Source: an uncultured Bacilli bacterium (GTDB lineage Bacteria > Bacillota_I > Bacilli_A > RF39 > UBA660). Taken from it: a DNA stretch of 64,000 bases. The position numbers and the translations under genes are program-made. Below the pieces are notes generated by a model. It made no database searches and was not told the origin of the DNA. It worked only from the letters and a program-made list of their open reading frames with translations. Positions 1 to 8,807 of the stretch are shown here, piece after piece; position 1 is the stretch's first letter; every line of letters begins with the position of its first letter. Location of the stretch: the NCBI GenBank assembly GCA_947628585.1, contig CANRAL010000002.1, positions 1,343-65,342 on the forward strand, given 5' to 3'.

Positions 1-1180
1 TCAAATTAGAGGCTATAACTAAATTAGGATTTTCTTTTCGTAATAAATAAAGTAATCTTTGAATAGCCAAATTAGTCATATTAGGATCTAAACTTTTTTC
101 ATATCTAGCACTAGCTTCAGTTCTTAATCCTAAGGCAACTGCTGTTTTACGAATTGATCCGGCATTAAAGGTAGCACTTTCTAAAAATACAGAAGTTGTA
201 TCATCTAATATTTCACTATCTAGACCTCCCATAACTCCGGCAATGCCAAAATATTTAGAACCATTTTTAATCATTAACATATCTTTAGTTAATGTTCTTT
301 TAACGCCATCCAAAGTTGTGTAAACATCACCATCTTTTGCAGTATCTACTTCAATATTTTTTACAACTCGAGCATCGAATGCATGCATAGGTTGACCAAG
401 TTCTAACATTAAATAATTTGTTAAATCAACTAATAAGGATATAGAACGCATTCCCACATAATACAAAAATATTTGCATATCTAAAGGAGTCTTATTATTA
501 GTAATATTTTCAATTTTTAGACCACAATAACGATAGCATAAATCGGGATTTTTTATTATAATGTCTAAATCTTTTTTAGTATTTTTAACTTCTTCAACTT
601 CCAAAGGAATTAATTTATTGCCTGTAATCGCAGCAATTTCTCGCGCAATTCCTATATGTCCCCATAAGTCAGGACGATTAGTTAAACTTTTATTATCAAT
701 TTCTACAATTATATCTTCGATAGGCAAATATTTTTTTAAATCCATACCTACAGGAGCATCCATAGGAAGTTCTAAAATGCCATCATGATTATCACTTATT
801 GCCAGTTCTTTACCACTGCAACACATACCATTAGAAACAATACCTCTTAAAGGACGAGAAGTAATTTCCATTCCATCTATATGTCCCCCCACTTTAATAA
901 AAGCTGTTTTTAAGCCAACTCTTACATTAGGAGCCCCACAGACAACTTGAACTAACTCTTTTTCTCCACAGTCAACTTTCAAAACATGCATATGATCGCT
1001 ATTGGGATGCTCTACACATTCTTTTATTTCAGCAATAACCACACCATCAAAATTTTTACCTACTTCTTTAACTCCTTCTATTTCAGCACAACGAATAGTA
1101 AATGTATCCCATATTTTTAACCAATCAATTTTTTCACTATTTTGAATATGTTTTTTTAATTTATTACAAGATATTAACAT
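1..1180 (-). CDS. pheT: Phenylalanine--tRNA ligase beta subunit, N-terminal part (gene continues beyond window start)
   Basis: Open minus-strand frame starts with ATG at 1180, 8 nt after the pheS stop and behind an AGGAGG RBS. Translation begins MLISCNKLKKHI and has a tRNA-binding-like N-terminus typical of PheT. Gene order pheS-pheT is conserved. Confidence 0.8.
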   Translation of the reverse strand, partial: MLISCNKLKKHIQNSEKIDWLKIWDTFTIRCAEIEGVKEVGKNFDGVVIAEIKECVEHPNSDHMHVLKVDCGEKELVQVVCGAPNVRVGLKTAFIKVGGHIDGMEITSRPLRGIVSNGMCCSGKELAISDNHDGILELPMDAPVGMDLKKYLPIEDIIVEIDNKSLTNRPDLWGHIGIAREIAAITGNKLIPLEVEEVKNTKKDLDIIIKNPDLCYRYCGLKIENITNNKTPLDMQIFLYYVGMRSISLLVDLTNYLMLELGQPMHAFDARVVKNIEVDTAKDGDVYTTLDGVKRTLTKDMLMIKNGSKYFGIAGVMGGLDSEILDDTTSVFLESATFNAGSIRKTAVALGLRTEASARYEKSLDPNMTNLAIQRLLYLLRKENPNLVIASNL

Positions 1181-1191
1181 ATTTATCCTCC

Positions 1192-2199
1192 TTAATTTAT
1201 TTTAAAGTTTTCCAAATAACGGATATCACCAGAATTTAAAACGCGAATATCATTAATTTTATATTTCATCATTGCTAACCGGGTTAATCCTAAACCAAAA
1301 GCAAAACCATTATATTTTTCAGGATCGATACCACCTGCTCGTAAAACATTAGGATGAACCATTCCTCCAGGAATAAGTTCTATCCAACCACTATTTTTAC
1401 AGGTTGGACAACCTTTACCACCACAGATTAAACAGCTGCAGTCAAGTTCATAACTAGGTTCAGTAAATGGGAAAAAACCAGGACGAAGACGAACTAAAAC
1501 ATCTTGATGAAAAACTTCTCTTAATAATTCTTGCATTACACCAATTAAGTTTTCTATAGAAATATTTTCATCAATTACCATTCCTTCTAATTGAAAGAAA
1601 GTATTTTCATGGGAAGCATCTAAATCTTCGTTACGAAAAACCCGACCAGGAACACAAATTCGAAGTGGTGCCCCATATTTTTCCATAGCGCGAACTTGAA
1701 CCCCACTGGTATGGGTTCTTAAAAGCATAGAATTATCTAAATAAAAAGTATCTTGCATATCTCGCGCAGGATGATCTTTTGGAATATTTAAAGCTTCAAA
1801 ATTATAAAATTCGTTATCCATCTCGGGACCAGAAACAATGGTAAAGCCCATTTTCTTTAAAATATCCGTTACTTCTTTAGCAACGATGGTAACAGGATGC
1901 ATAGATCCCACATTTACATCAAAATCTAACGTATCATCAAAATCAATTTTTAATTGGGTATTTAAACTTTCTAAAAAGTTATTAACAATGTTTTCCATTT
2001 CTTTTTTAGTATTATTAATTAAACTACCATACTTTCTTTTATCTTCAACTGTCATATCTTTTAAAGAAGATAATATTTCCATAATCCGACTTTTTTTACC
2101 CACATATTTAGATTTTACATTTAAAACATCAGCTTCTTTTTCACAATTCTTTAATTCCTTTTCTAAATTTTCTTTTAATGAATTTAATTCTTCTTCCAT
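1192..2199 (-). CDS. pheS: Phenylalanine--tRNA ligase alpha subunit
   Basis: 335 aa. Class II aaRS motifs are present (FRNEDLDASHENTFFQLEG, GFAFGLGLTRLAM), with a coiled-coil N-terminus typical of PheS. Confidence 0.95.
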   Translation of the reverse strand: MEEELNSLKENLEKELKNCEKEADVLNVKSKYVGKKSRIMEILSSLKDMTVEDKRKYGSLINNTKKEMENIVNNFLESLNTQLKIDFDDTLDFDVNVGSMHPVTIVAKEVTDILKKMGFTIVSGPEMDNEFYNFEALNIPKDHPARDMQDTFYLDNSMLLRTHTSGVQVRAMEKYGAPLRICVPGRVFRNEDLDASHENTFFQLEGMVIDENISIENLIGVMQELLREVFHQDVLVRLRPGFFPFTEPSYELDCSCLICGGKGCPTCKNSGWIELIPGGMVHPNVLRAGGIDPEKYNGFAFGLGLTRLAMMKYKINDIRVLNSGDIRYLENFKIN

Positions 2200-2225
2200 T
2201 TTTTCCTCCTATAAAAAAATAAAAA

Positions 2226-2460
2226 TTCATAAACTTCTTAAGGACGAGTTTTTCCCGCGGTACCACCTTAGTTTATGAATTTTTTTCATACTCTTTTATC
2301 GATAAGGGAATTATCCCGATTTTGCTCCACAATTGAAATTCATTTTAAATATCCTTAAAACTCTTCCACCTTTAAGTTTCTCTCTTTAAATTACTATTTA
2401 AAACTACTTAGATTGCATCCTTACAACTTCTCCCTTATTTTAACAATTTTTTTGCTATTA
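2226..2460 (-). promoter_or_regulatory. T-box leader (tRNA-responsive antitermination element) upstream of pheST
   Basis: Minus strand shows the conserved T-box core GGTGGTACCGCGG (plus-strand 2254..2267). It sits inside a long terminator helix (TTCATAAACT...AGTTTATGAA) followed by a T-run. Confidence 0.7.
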
Positions 2461-2472
2461 CGCAAGAACTTT

Positions 2473-3249
2473 TTATTTTAAATCCGGCAAATCCATATCA
2501 ATATCATCATCCGATATTTTAATTTCTATTTTTGGCTTTATAATTTCTGGTTCTTCAATAGAATTAGTTATTTCTTCTTCGGCCATTGGATTAATTTCTT
2601 TTTTAAAATATGGTAAATATAAAGGCCGATGGAAAATAGTTGCTATTCTTCCTTGAGGCATTATTTTATCAAATATTTTAAGCTTTCTAATTAAACTTTT
2701 TAAAATGATAAATAAAGCTACACATAATAAGATTAATAACCATCCCGTAGCATTACTCATGAATACTTGAATTCTTCCTAAAGCAGGTATTTTTAAAGCT
2801 ACTTTACCAATTATTTGGTTAAAATTTACTCTACCTGAATCTTCAATCGGAGCCGCATCTCCTTTAGTTTGATAACTATAAGTTCCATCCGCACTTTTAA
2901 CTACAGAAACAACTCTATGGGTTATAGTCATCCCTTTGGTTTCATTACTTGAAGAAATAAAAGTAATAACATCGCCTATTTGAATATCTTCAGGTTTATC
3001 TACTTTTATATTTACAATAACATCATATACTTGAATATTAGGTGTCATACTAGGGCTCATAATTGAATATAAAGAAAATTTGGGTTCAAATTTTTCACCA
3101 AAAATTGAAAATAAGCGAGTAGAAACAAAATAATAAAGTAATAAGCTAGCACAAATCATAAGCAAAGTAAAAATAGTCCAACTAAAAATAGTTGAAATAA
3201 GCTTTAATATTTCTTTAAAATTTATTTTTTCAACTTTACTAGTATCCAC
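2473..3249 (-). CDS. Signal peptidase I, SipW/ER-archaeal type (S26B), with C-terminal TM segment and acidic tail
   Basis: Box B SPSMTP (Ser nucleophile), GDVITF, THRVV (His general base as in SipW-type enzymes) and KGDAAPIED (GDN box). An N-terminal TM precedes the catalytic domain. An extra C-terminal TM plus acidic extension is present. Confidence 0.75.
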   Translation of the reverse strand: MDTSKVEKINFKEILKLISTIFSWTIFTLLMICASLLLYYFVSTRLFSIFGEKFEPKFSLYSIMSPSMTPNIQVYDVIVNIKVDKPEDIQIGDVITFISSSNETKGMTITHRVVSVVKSADGTYSYQTKGDAAPIEDSGRVNFNQIIGKVALKIPALGRIQVFMSNATGWLLILLCVALFIILKSLIRKLKIFDKIMPQGRIATIFHRPLYLPYFKKEINPMAEEEITNSIEEPEIIKPKIEIKISDDDIDMDLPDLK

Positions 3250-3321
3250 TTACCTTACACTTCCCAATTATTATTATAACCAAACTTTAATAAAATAGCA
3301 ATGCCCAGAAAATGTTTTAAA

Positions 3322-3350
3322 CATCAAAAAAAGGAATAAATCCTTTTTAT
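3322..3350 (-). terminator. Hairpin plus T-run overlapping the tadC stop codon, between tadC and the SipW gene
   Basis: Minus-strand AAAAAGGATTTATTCCTTTTTTT. Confidence 0.4.
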
Positions 3351-4135
3351 AAATTCATTAATTTCAAAACGGCAAAAATCAAAAGTATCATTAGGCCTAA
3401 TCCCGTTGTAATTAACATACTCATGGTTTTACCTTCCATTTTTTCCAAACGATTCTTATATCTCGTTTCTCTGGCTTTTTGTTGTAAATTAGATATTGTT
3501 CTTGAGAATGTTAGTATTTGTTCTTGTTTTCTTTCTTGACGTCCTAAACTTAAACGATAAAGTAAACGCATCATTCTCATGGAATCTCGAACCGGATATT
3601 TTCGAGCAAATTCCATATAAGGTTCAATAGTATCATCCCCAGAATTTATTGATTCGATCATTTCTTTTAAACCATCTCTAAATATTTCTGGTGCTTCAGC
3701 CATGGATTTACCTATAGCAACGGGAACCGTATAGTGTTGAATTAAAATTTCTAAGTTTTTTAAATAATAAGGCAACATTGCATCAATTTCATGAATGTGT
3801 CGAGCATAATATTTTTTAATATCATTATAAGGCATTTTAAAAACAAAGAACCCGACAACAAATACCAATAATAACTTAACACTATTAAATCCATTTAAAA
3901 GCATAAAGAATACTAAAATCATAACTATTAAAGCATTTTTAATTCTTTTATTAAATAAAATATCGGCATTGGCATTATGTCCATATTTAGCTCGAACATA
4001 AAAATCCCAATCGCTTTCTTTCATTCGCATAAATAACATTTGGTTATCAATTATTAATTGATTAATATTTATTTGACCATTATTTGCCATTATTCCAAAG
4101 ATAATAAAGGCTAAAACTATTATTTCTATTTGCAT
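3347..4135 (-). CDS. TadC-like (T2SS-F family) polytopic membrane protein
   Basis: 262 aa with an N-terminal TM, a cytoplasmic domain and C-terminal TMs. It overlaps the preceding TadB-like gene by 1 nt. Position is directly after the CpaF ATPase and TadB, as in Tad loci. Confidence 0.55.
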   Translation of the reverse strand: MQIEIIVLAFIIFGIMANNGQININQLIIDNQMLFMRMKESDWDFYVRAKYGHNANADILFNKRIKNALIVMILVFFMLLNGFNSVKLLLVFVVGFFVFKMPYNDIKKYYARHIHEIDAMLPYYLKNLEILIQHYTVPVAIGKSMAEAPEIFRDGLKEMIESINSGDDTIEPYMEFARKYPVRDSMRMMRLLYRLSLGRQERKQEQILTFSRTISNLQQKARETRYKNRLEKMEGKTMSMLITTGLGLMILLIFAVLKLMNL

Positions 4136-5040
4136 TATTCTACCCCCACATCATCATTATAGTATTTTTCCCCAGATAATAGGAAAAAGGCATTTATAAC
4201 AACTATGGCATGTAAAATAATTTGAACATACCAAATATCTAATAGCGAAATGTAATTTTCTTCACCTAATAAAAATCTTAAAACAATTACTAATAAAAAT
4301 AACATTAAACCAAATTTAATAAATCGACCATGGAAGTTCTTCCGATCCATTTGGTCACGATAAACACCTTCTACTAGAGAGTCGATATCCATTGACATAT
4401 TTTCTAATGATTCACCGGCATCTTTAGCCCCTTCTTGCGTAATTTGTAAGAATAATTGATGCATATTTTTTACCATATAATATGGATATTTTTCATTAAA
4501 ATATTCTAAGGAAGCATTAATAGTACCATTTTGATAAGACATATCAATCATTTTTTTAACATCGCTTAATACTGGATCTTCTAAAATACCAGAATCGCGA
4601 ACACCTTCCAAAGATTTAACAAAACTTTGGGTAGTATTAAATTCCATTATTACGTTAGTAGTATAGGTTTGTATTTGTTCAAAAACATATTCACTATAAA
4701 TTCTTTGTAATCTCAAGAAAGCTAAATAAGGAATAAATGATATTGTTACAACCGAATAAATAATAGCAATAATTATACTATAAAAGTAAAAATAACCAAC
4801 AATAGCTGCGAAGCCACCCATTAAAACAATTTGAATTAAGTATTGCTTTGTCGTATATTCTTGACCTAATTCAATAGCCTTTTCCCGGACTATTTTAAAA
4901 GAAAAAGGAGCATAGCGATCATATACTTTTCCCACAGATGATAGGAAATAATTATAAACATTTTCGCCAGGATTACGACGATACAATACAATAAAAATAG
5001 CTATTGCCAGTAATATAATTAGTTCAAAATATGTATTCAT
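4135..5040 (-). CDS. TadB-like (T2SS-F family) polytopic membrane protein
   Basis: 301 aa. It has a TM-cytoplasmic-TM-TM topology consistent with T2SSF/TadB and lies immediately downstream of the secretion ATPase. Confidence 0.55.
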   Translation of the reverse strand: MNTYFELIILLAIAIFIVLYRRNPGENVYNYFLSSVGKVYDRYAPFSFKIVREKAIELGQEYTTKQYLIQIVLMGGFAAIVGYFYFYSIIIAIIYSVVTISFIPYLAFLRLQRIYSEYVFEQIQTYTTNVIMEFNTTQSFVKSLEGVRDSGILEDPVLSDVKKMIDMSYQNGTINASLEYFNEKYPYYMVKNMHQLFLQITQEGAKDAGESLENMSMDIDSLVEGVYRDQMDRKNFHGRFIKFGLMLFLLVIVLRFLLGEENYISLLDIWYVQIILHAIVVINAFFLLSGEKYYNDDVGVE

Positions 5041-5050
5041 TTTATCACCT

Positions 5051-6172
5051 TTATAAGCTTTCTATTGGAGTATTAAAAGCTTCACTATTACTATTTTCAT
5101 CTGTTCCTATATCATCATTATTAACAAAGTAATGAGGATTAAGTTCAACTCCTTGAACTCCTAAATATTCTAGTAAATATTTACTAGGATTATGAAAAGT
5201 AAATGTACCATCCAATCTCTTTTTAAATATTATATTAGAACAAGCTTCATTTTTATCATTTACATAAAATTCAACTACTTCAATAATTTCTCTTTGGAAA
5301 CGTCCTAATTCTTTACTCATATAACCTTTTACATGAACGCCAATTTGAACATAACGGTGAATAGAAGTTAAGAATTGTTCAATATCAATATTATTTTCTA
5401 GCAAACTATATAACCGCATAGGAATATTTAATGCTCTATCGGAGTGAATAGTAGAAATAATATTGTGCCCTGATGAAATAGAGTTTCTGACAGCCATTAC
5501 AGCTTCAGCACTACGAACTTCGGATAATAAAATCCATTTAGGGTTTTGCCGCATGCAAGTAACCAATACATCAGTATAAGATGCAATATTATTAGTTTTT
5601 ACGGCTACAATATCCCGATGAGGAAATATTTTATCTAAGTGCAATTCCAAAGTATCTTCAATAGTTATTATTTTTTCATTTTCTTTAGTATGGCTAGCTA
5701 AATATTTAACTAATTCAGTTTTCCCACTACCAGTTTCCCCACTTACAATAATATTGCAGTGTCCTTCAACACAAGTAAGCAAGAAATCATGTAAGTTTTC
5801 AGTTACATATTGTTCGGATAATAATTTTTCTTTATTTAATCTTATCTTCGCAGGTGTTTTTCTGATAGTACATGATATTCCATTAGTTGCAATGGAATCA
5901 TGAATAAAGTTAAGCCGTAATTCAGCTGACTCAGCATCCAAAAAAGGATGGGCCATATTAAAGGATTTTCCCATAACATTTGAACATTGAAAGGCAATTT
6001 TTTCCATTAATGCATTATTTATTTCCGGTCTTTCAATGCGATAAACCCCTTTATCAAGAGTTTTTAGATGAATTTGGCCATTGTTTGAATAAGATATATC
6101 GGTTATATTATCTGCCTCTAAAAACTCTTTTAAAGGGCCAAAATCTATTTGTGAAAATATTGCATCTGTCAC
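5051..6172 (-). CDS. CpaF/TadA-family secretion ATPase (VirB11/GspE superfamily)
   Basis: Walker A VSGETGSGKTE. Asp box IITIEDTLEL. Walker B-like KWILLSEVR. His box ISTIHS. Length is 373 aa. Confidence 0.85.
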   Translation of the reverse strand: MTDAIFSQIDFGPLKEFLEADNITDISYSNNGQIHLKTLDKGVYRIERPEINNALMEKIAFQCSNVMGKSFNMAHPFLDAESAELRLNFIHDSIATNGISCTIRKTPAKIRLNKEKLLSEQYVTENLHDFLLTCVEGHCNIIVSGETGSGKTELVKYLASHTKENEKIITIEDTLELHLDKIFPHRDIVAVKTNNIASYTDVLVTCMRQNPKWILLSEVRSAEAVMAVRNSISSGHNIISTIHSDRALNIPMRLYSLLENNIDIEQFLTSIHRYVQIGVHVKGYMSKELGRFQREIIEVVEFYVNDKNEACSNIIFKKRLDGTFTFHNPSKYLLEYLGVQGVELNPHYFVNNDDIGTDENSNSEAFNTPIESL

Positions 6173-6193
6173 AATTAGTCACCTCTTTAATTT

Positions 6194-6961
6194 CTAATAT
6201 GTAGCTTCTTCTGTTCTAGAATTAATATATTCTATTAATCTTTGACTACCTATAGTAGTTTCCCCTTCAAGTTCAGTATAATATCTTCCTCTTGGAACAG
6301 GGAATATTTCAACTCCACTTATATATTCGCTACTTTTTAATAAATGGAATATTTCATCAGTTACTCCAAATACTAAGAAAGCTGGAGTTCTAGTTGTACT
6401 AGCATCAAAAACATTTTGATTTTGATTATCTTTTACACCAATAACTTTTATACTACCAATTAATTTACCAACAACAATGGTTCCATTATCATTAGCTTTC
6501 ATATAAAGGTCAATATAATTACCTGGATAAATTGAATTACCAAAAGTAGTTCGATTAGTTACTGGTAATTGATAAGAAGTATATCCTTCAGGTAAGTCAC
6601 TAAACATTGAATCTGGTAATTCATCACTACTTACAACTTGATTATTATAAAATAACCCACCTTCAGGAATTGAAGTACCTACGTTAACAAAATTACCAAC
6701 AATTTTATTAACATCAGTTATAATATTAATATTTTTTAAAAAATCACGGCTAATTTCAATATATTCTATATCATCTTTAGTTATTTGCGTAGCAGCCGAT
6801 ATTGATTTAACTGCATAAGGAACTCTTACAGGATCGATAGCTTTATTAACGCGATAATTATATCCAACCCATAAGACTATAACTCCAGCGATTATTCCAA
6901 ATATTGTAACCGTATTTTTATTAGTAATAAATTTTTTAACAAAATTAATTATATTACCCAT
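6194..6961 (-). CDS. CpaB/RcpC-like Flp pilus assembly protein (N-terminal TM plus SAF-like domain)
   Basis: A single N-terminal TM is followed by the VRVPYAVKSISAATQITKDDI SAF-like segment. The C-terminal TPAFLVFGVTDEIFHLLK resembles the CpaB C-domain. Confidence 0.55.
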   Translation of the reverse strand: MGNIINFVKKFITNKNTVTIFGIIAGVIVLWVGYNYRVNKAIDPVRVPYAVKSISAATQITKDDIEYIEISRDFLKNINIITDVNKIVGNFVNVGTSIPEGGLFYNNQVVSSDELPDSMFSDLPEGYTSYQLPVTNRTTFGNSIYPGNYIDLYMKANDNGTIVVGKLIGSIKVIGVKDNQNQNVFDASTTRTPAFLVFGVTDEIFHLLKSSEYISGVEIFPVPRGRYYTELEGETTIGSQRLIEYINSRTEEATY

Positions 6962-6977
6962 TTTTATCCTCCTTTAT

Positions 6978-8789
6978 TTAAATAGCACTCCAGAAGTTTG
7001 CACCAACACCACCAGTTGCTTTTTTCAAACGATTATAACAATTAGTATCTTGGAAGTGCCACCATTCACTTGCTAAATAATCTAGTCCAGCTCCGGTCAT
7101 ATATTTCATTAGCTTTTCGGCATCACTACCACTCCAACCTTTTATCCGAGTTGTTTTACTTTGACTAGTAAAGACGGCAGCTTTATTACTTAACTCATGC
7201 ATAGCTGATGGCATATTACCACCTTCAAGTGTAATATCAACAGCACAACCAACATTGTGAGTTGATAGAGAAGATGCTAAGAACCATCCTTGACCCCAAC
7301 CATCCATACCTTTAAGAACAGCAGGTTTATTCACAATTGTTGAAAATTGTCTACTACCAGCTAAAGTAACACTTCTTGGCCGATAAGCATCCATAACTAC
7401 TAAAGTATCTCCGCCTCTCGCGGCATTTCTTGCAGCAGTTTTAAGTTCTTTAGCAAAACCATATATTACAGGAACAAAATCCCGATATACAGATGAATAT
7501 AATTGTCTACCAGTTATACCTGGAATATCATAACCACTAGATTTATAAATAGCACTATAAGCATTTTTAATATCAGTTTTTATTTCTGGGGCATAGTCTA
7601 CTAAACTAATAGCCATATTATTAGCCTTAATCCAGCCACATTTTCCAGTTTCTTCAATTTTAATAGCCCAATACTCAATATTAGTATACGTAGATACCCT
7701 TGAACCTAAAATAGTAAATATTTTCCCAGCAGATAATTTACCACTTTCGTTTTCACCAGAGAATACTCGATACAAGGTTTCTTTAACCATTGGTGTACCA
7801 CGCATACCTGCAAGTGATGTATCAGCAATAAAATCAGGGTCTTCCAAACAAGAATCATTATTAGCAACAACCCGAACGGTATTTTCTACTTCATTAGATT
7901 TATTACCATCAACATCAATAGCATAAGCTCTTAATTTATGTTCACCAGAGCTTACATTCTTAAATGTATATGAATTAGAATCACTTTCTACCCAAGTAGC
8001 TCCATCATCTTCACTAAAATAATATTTTTTAATTTTCTTTTCACTAGTAACTACAACTTCAGCAGTTACATTATTATTACTATTATCTTTAACATTTAAT
8101 TTATTTGCTTCTATACCAGAATTCGATTCTGTTCCAGTAGATCCACTACCTGTATTTGATGAGCCACTGCCAGAACCAGTTCCAGTTGAACTATTTCCAG
8201 AACCCGTTCCTGTTCCGGTTCCAGTTCCAGTTCCTGATGAACTTCCACTTCCAGTGCCGGTTGAGCTATTTCCAGAACCAGTTGATCCACTGCCAGAACC
8301 GGTTCCAGTACTAGAAGAACTACTACCAGAACCACTGCCTGTACTTGATGAGCCACTACCAGTGTTTTTACCTGCGTTTGGTCCTAAAACACTTCCTTCG
8401 ATTATAGCATCGATTCTATTTACAATATCAAATTCCGTAGAATCTCCAACTACACTAAATGTTCCTGACTTTCCACTTATTTCAACACTAGCTTTAGGTG
8501 GGGCTTCATAAACATCATAAAAGCTTATTTCATATGAATTAGTCAATTGGGCATTTTCAGCAAATCTTCTTATAAATATTTCATAAAATTTTTCTTTATT
8601 CATTTTTATTTCGCCATATTGACGATAATATGCGAAGTCAACAGCATCTACCATTGCAGCTTCGGTTAATTCTTTAATTAAGAAATAATCTTGTTGGTTA
8701 TTAGTAGTTACACTTTGAACTAATAACATAATAACCACAATAAATACCCCTAATAAAATTAGCCAATATGTCCAAAAAGCATTTTTCAC
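6978..8789 (-). CDS. Membrane-anchored multidomain cell-wall hydrolase: Gly/Ser/Thr linker, Ig/Fn3-like domain, SH3b-like domain, C-terminal VanY/M15-family D,D- (or L,D-) peptidase
   Basis: N-terminal signal anchor. ~100 aa (GSGSST)n low-complexity linker. GWIKANNMA SH3b-like motif. LAS/M15 signatures STHNVGCAVD (H-x6-D) and SEWWHF (E-x-x-H). Confidence 0.65.
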   Translation of the reverse strand: MKNAFWTYWLILLGVFIVVIMLLVQSVTTNNQQDYFLIKELTEAAMVDAVDFAYYRQYGEIKMNKEKFYEIFIRRFAENAQLTNSYEISFYDVYEAPPKASVEISGKSGTFSVVGDSTEFDIVNRIDAIIEGSVLGPNAGKNTGSGSSSTGSGSGSSSSSTGTGSGSGSTGSGNSSTGTGSGSSSGTGTGTGTGTGSGNSSTGTGSGSGSSNTGSGSTGTESNSGIEANKLNVKDNSNNNVTAEVVVTSEKKIKKYYFSEDDGATWVESDSNSYTFKNVSSGEHKLRAYAIDVDGNKSNEVENTVRVVANNDSCLEDPDFIADTSLAGMRGTPMVKETLYRVFSGENESGKLSAGKIFTILGSRVSTYTNIEYWAIKIEETGKCGWIKANNMAISLVDYAPEIKTDIKNAYSAIYKSSGYDIPGITGRQLYSSVYRDFVPVIYGFAKELKTAARNAARGGDTLVVMDAYRPRSVTLAGSRQFSTIVNKPAVLKGMDGWGQGWFLASSLSTHNVGCAVDITLEGGNMPSAMHELSNKAAVFTSQSKTTRIKGWSGSDAEKLMKYMTGAGLDYLASEWWHFQDTNCYNRLKKATGGVGANFWSAI

Positions 8790-8807
8790 CTAAAAGTCAC
8801 TCCCTTT

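Noticed and set aside
1838-2278. 146-aa plus-strand ORF
   Set aside because: It is antisense to pheS and is a low-complexity translation of the opposite strand. pheS has clear aaRS motifs.
8111-8511. Two ORFs (81 and 85 aa) on both strands within the Gly/Ser/Thr linker
   Set aside because: They are artefacts of the GGTTCC/AGAACC tandem repeat reading open in several frames. They lie inside the 603-aa hydrolase gene.
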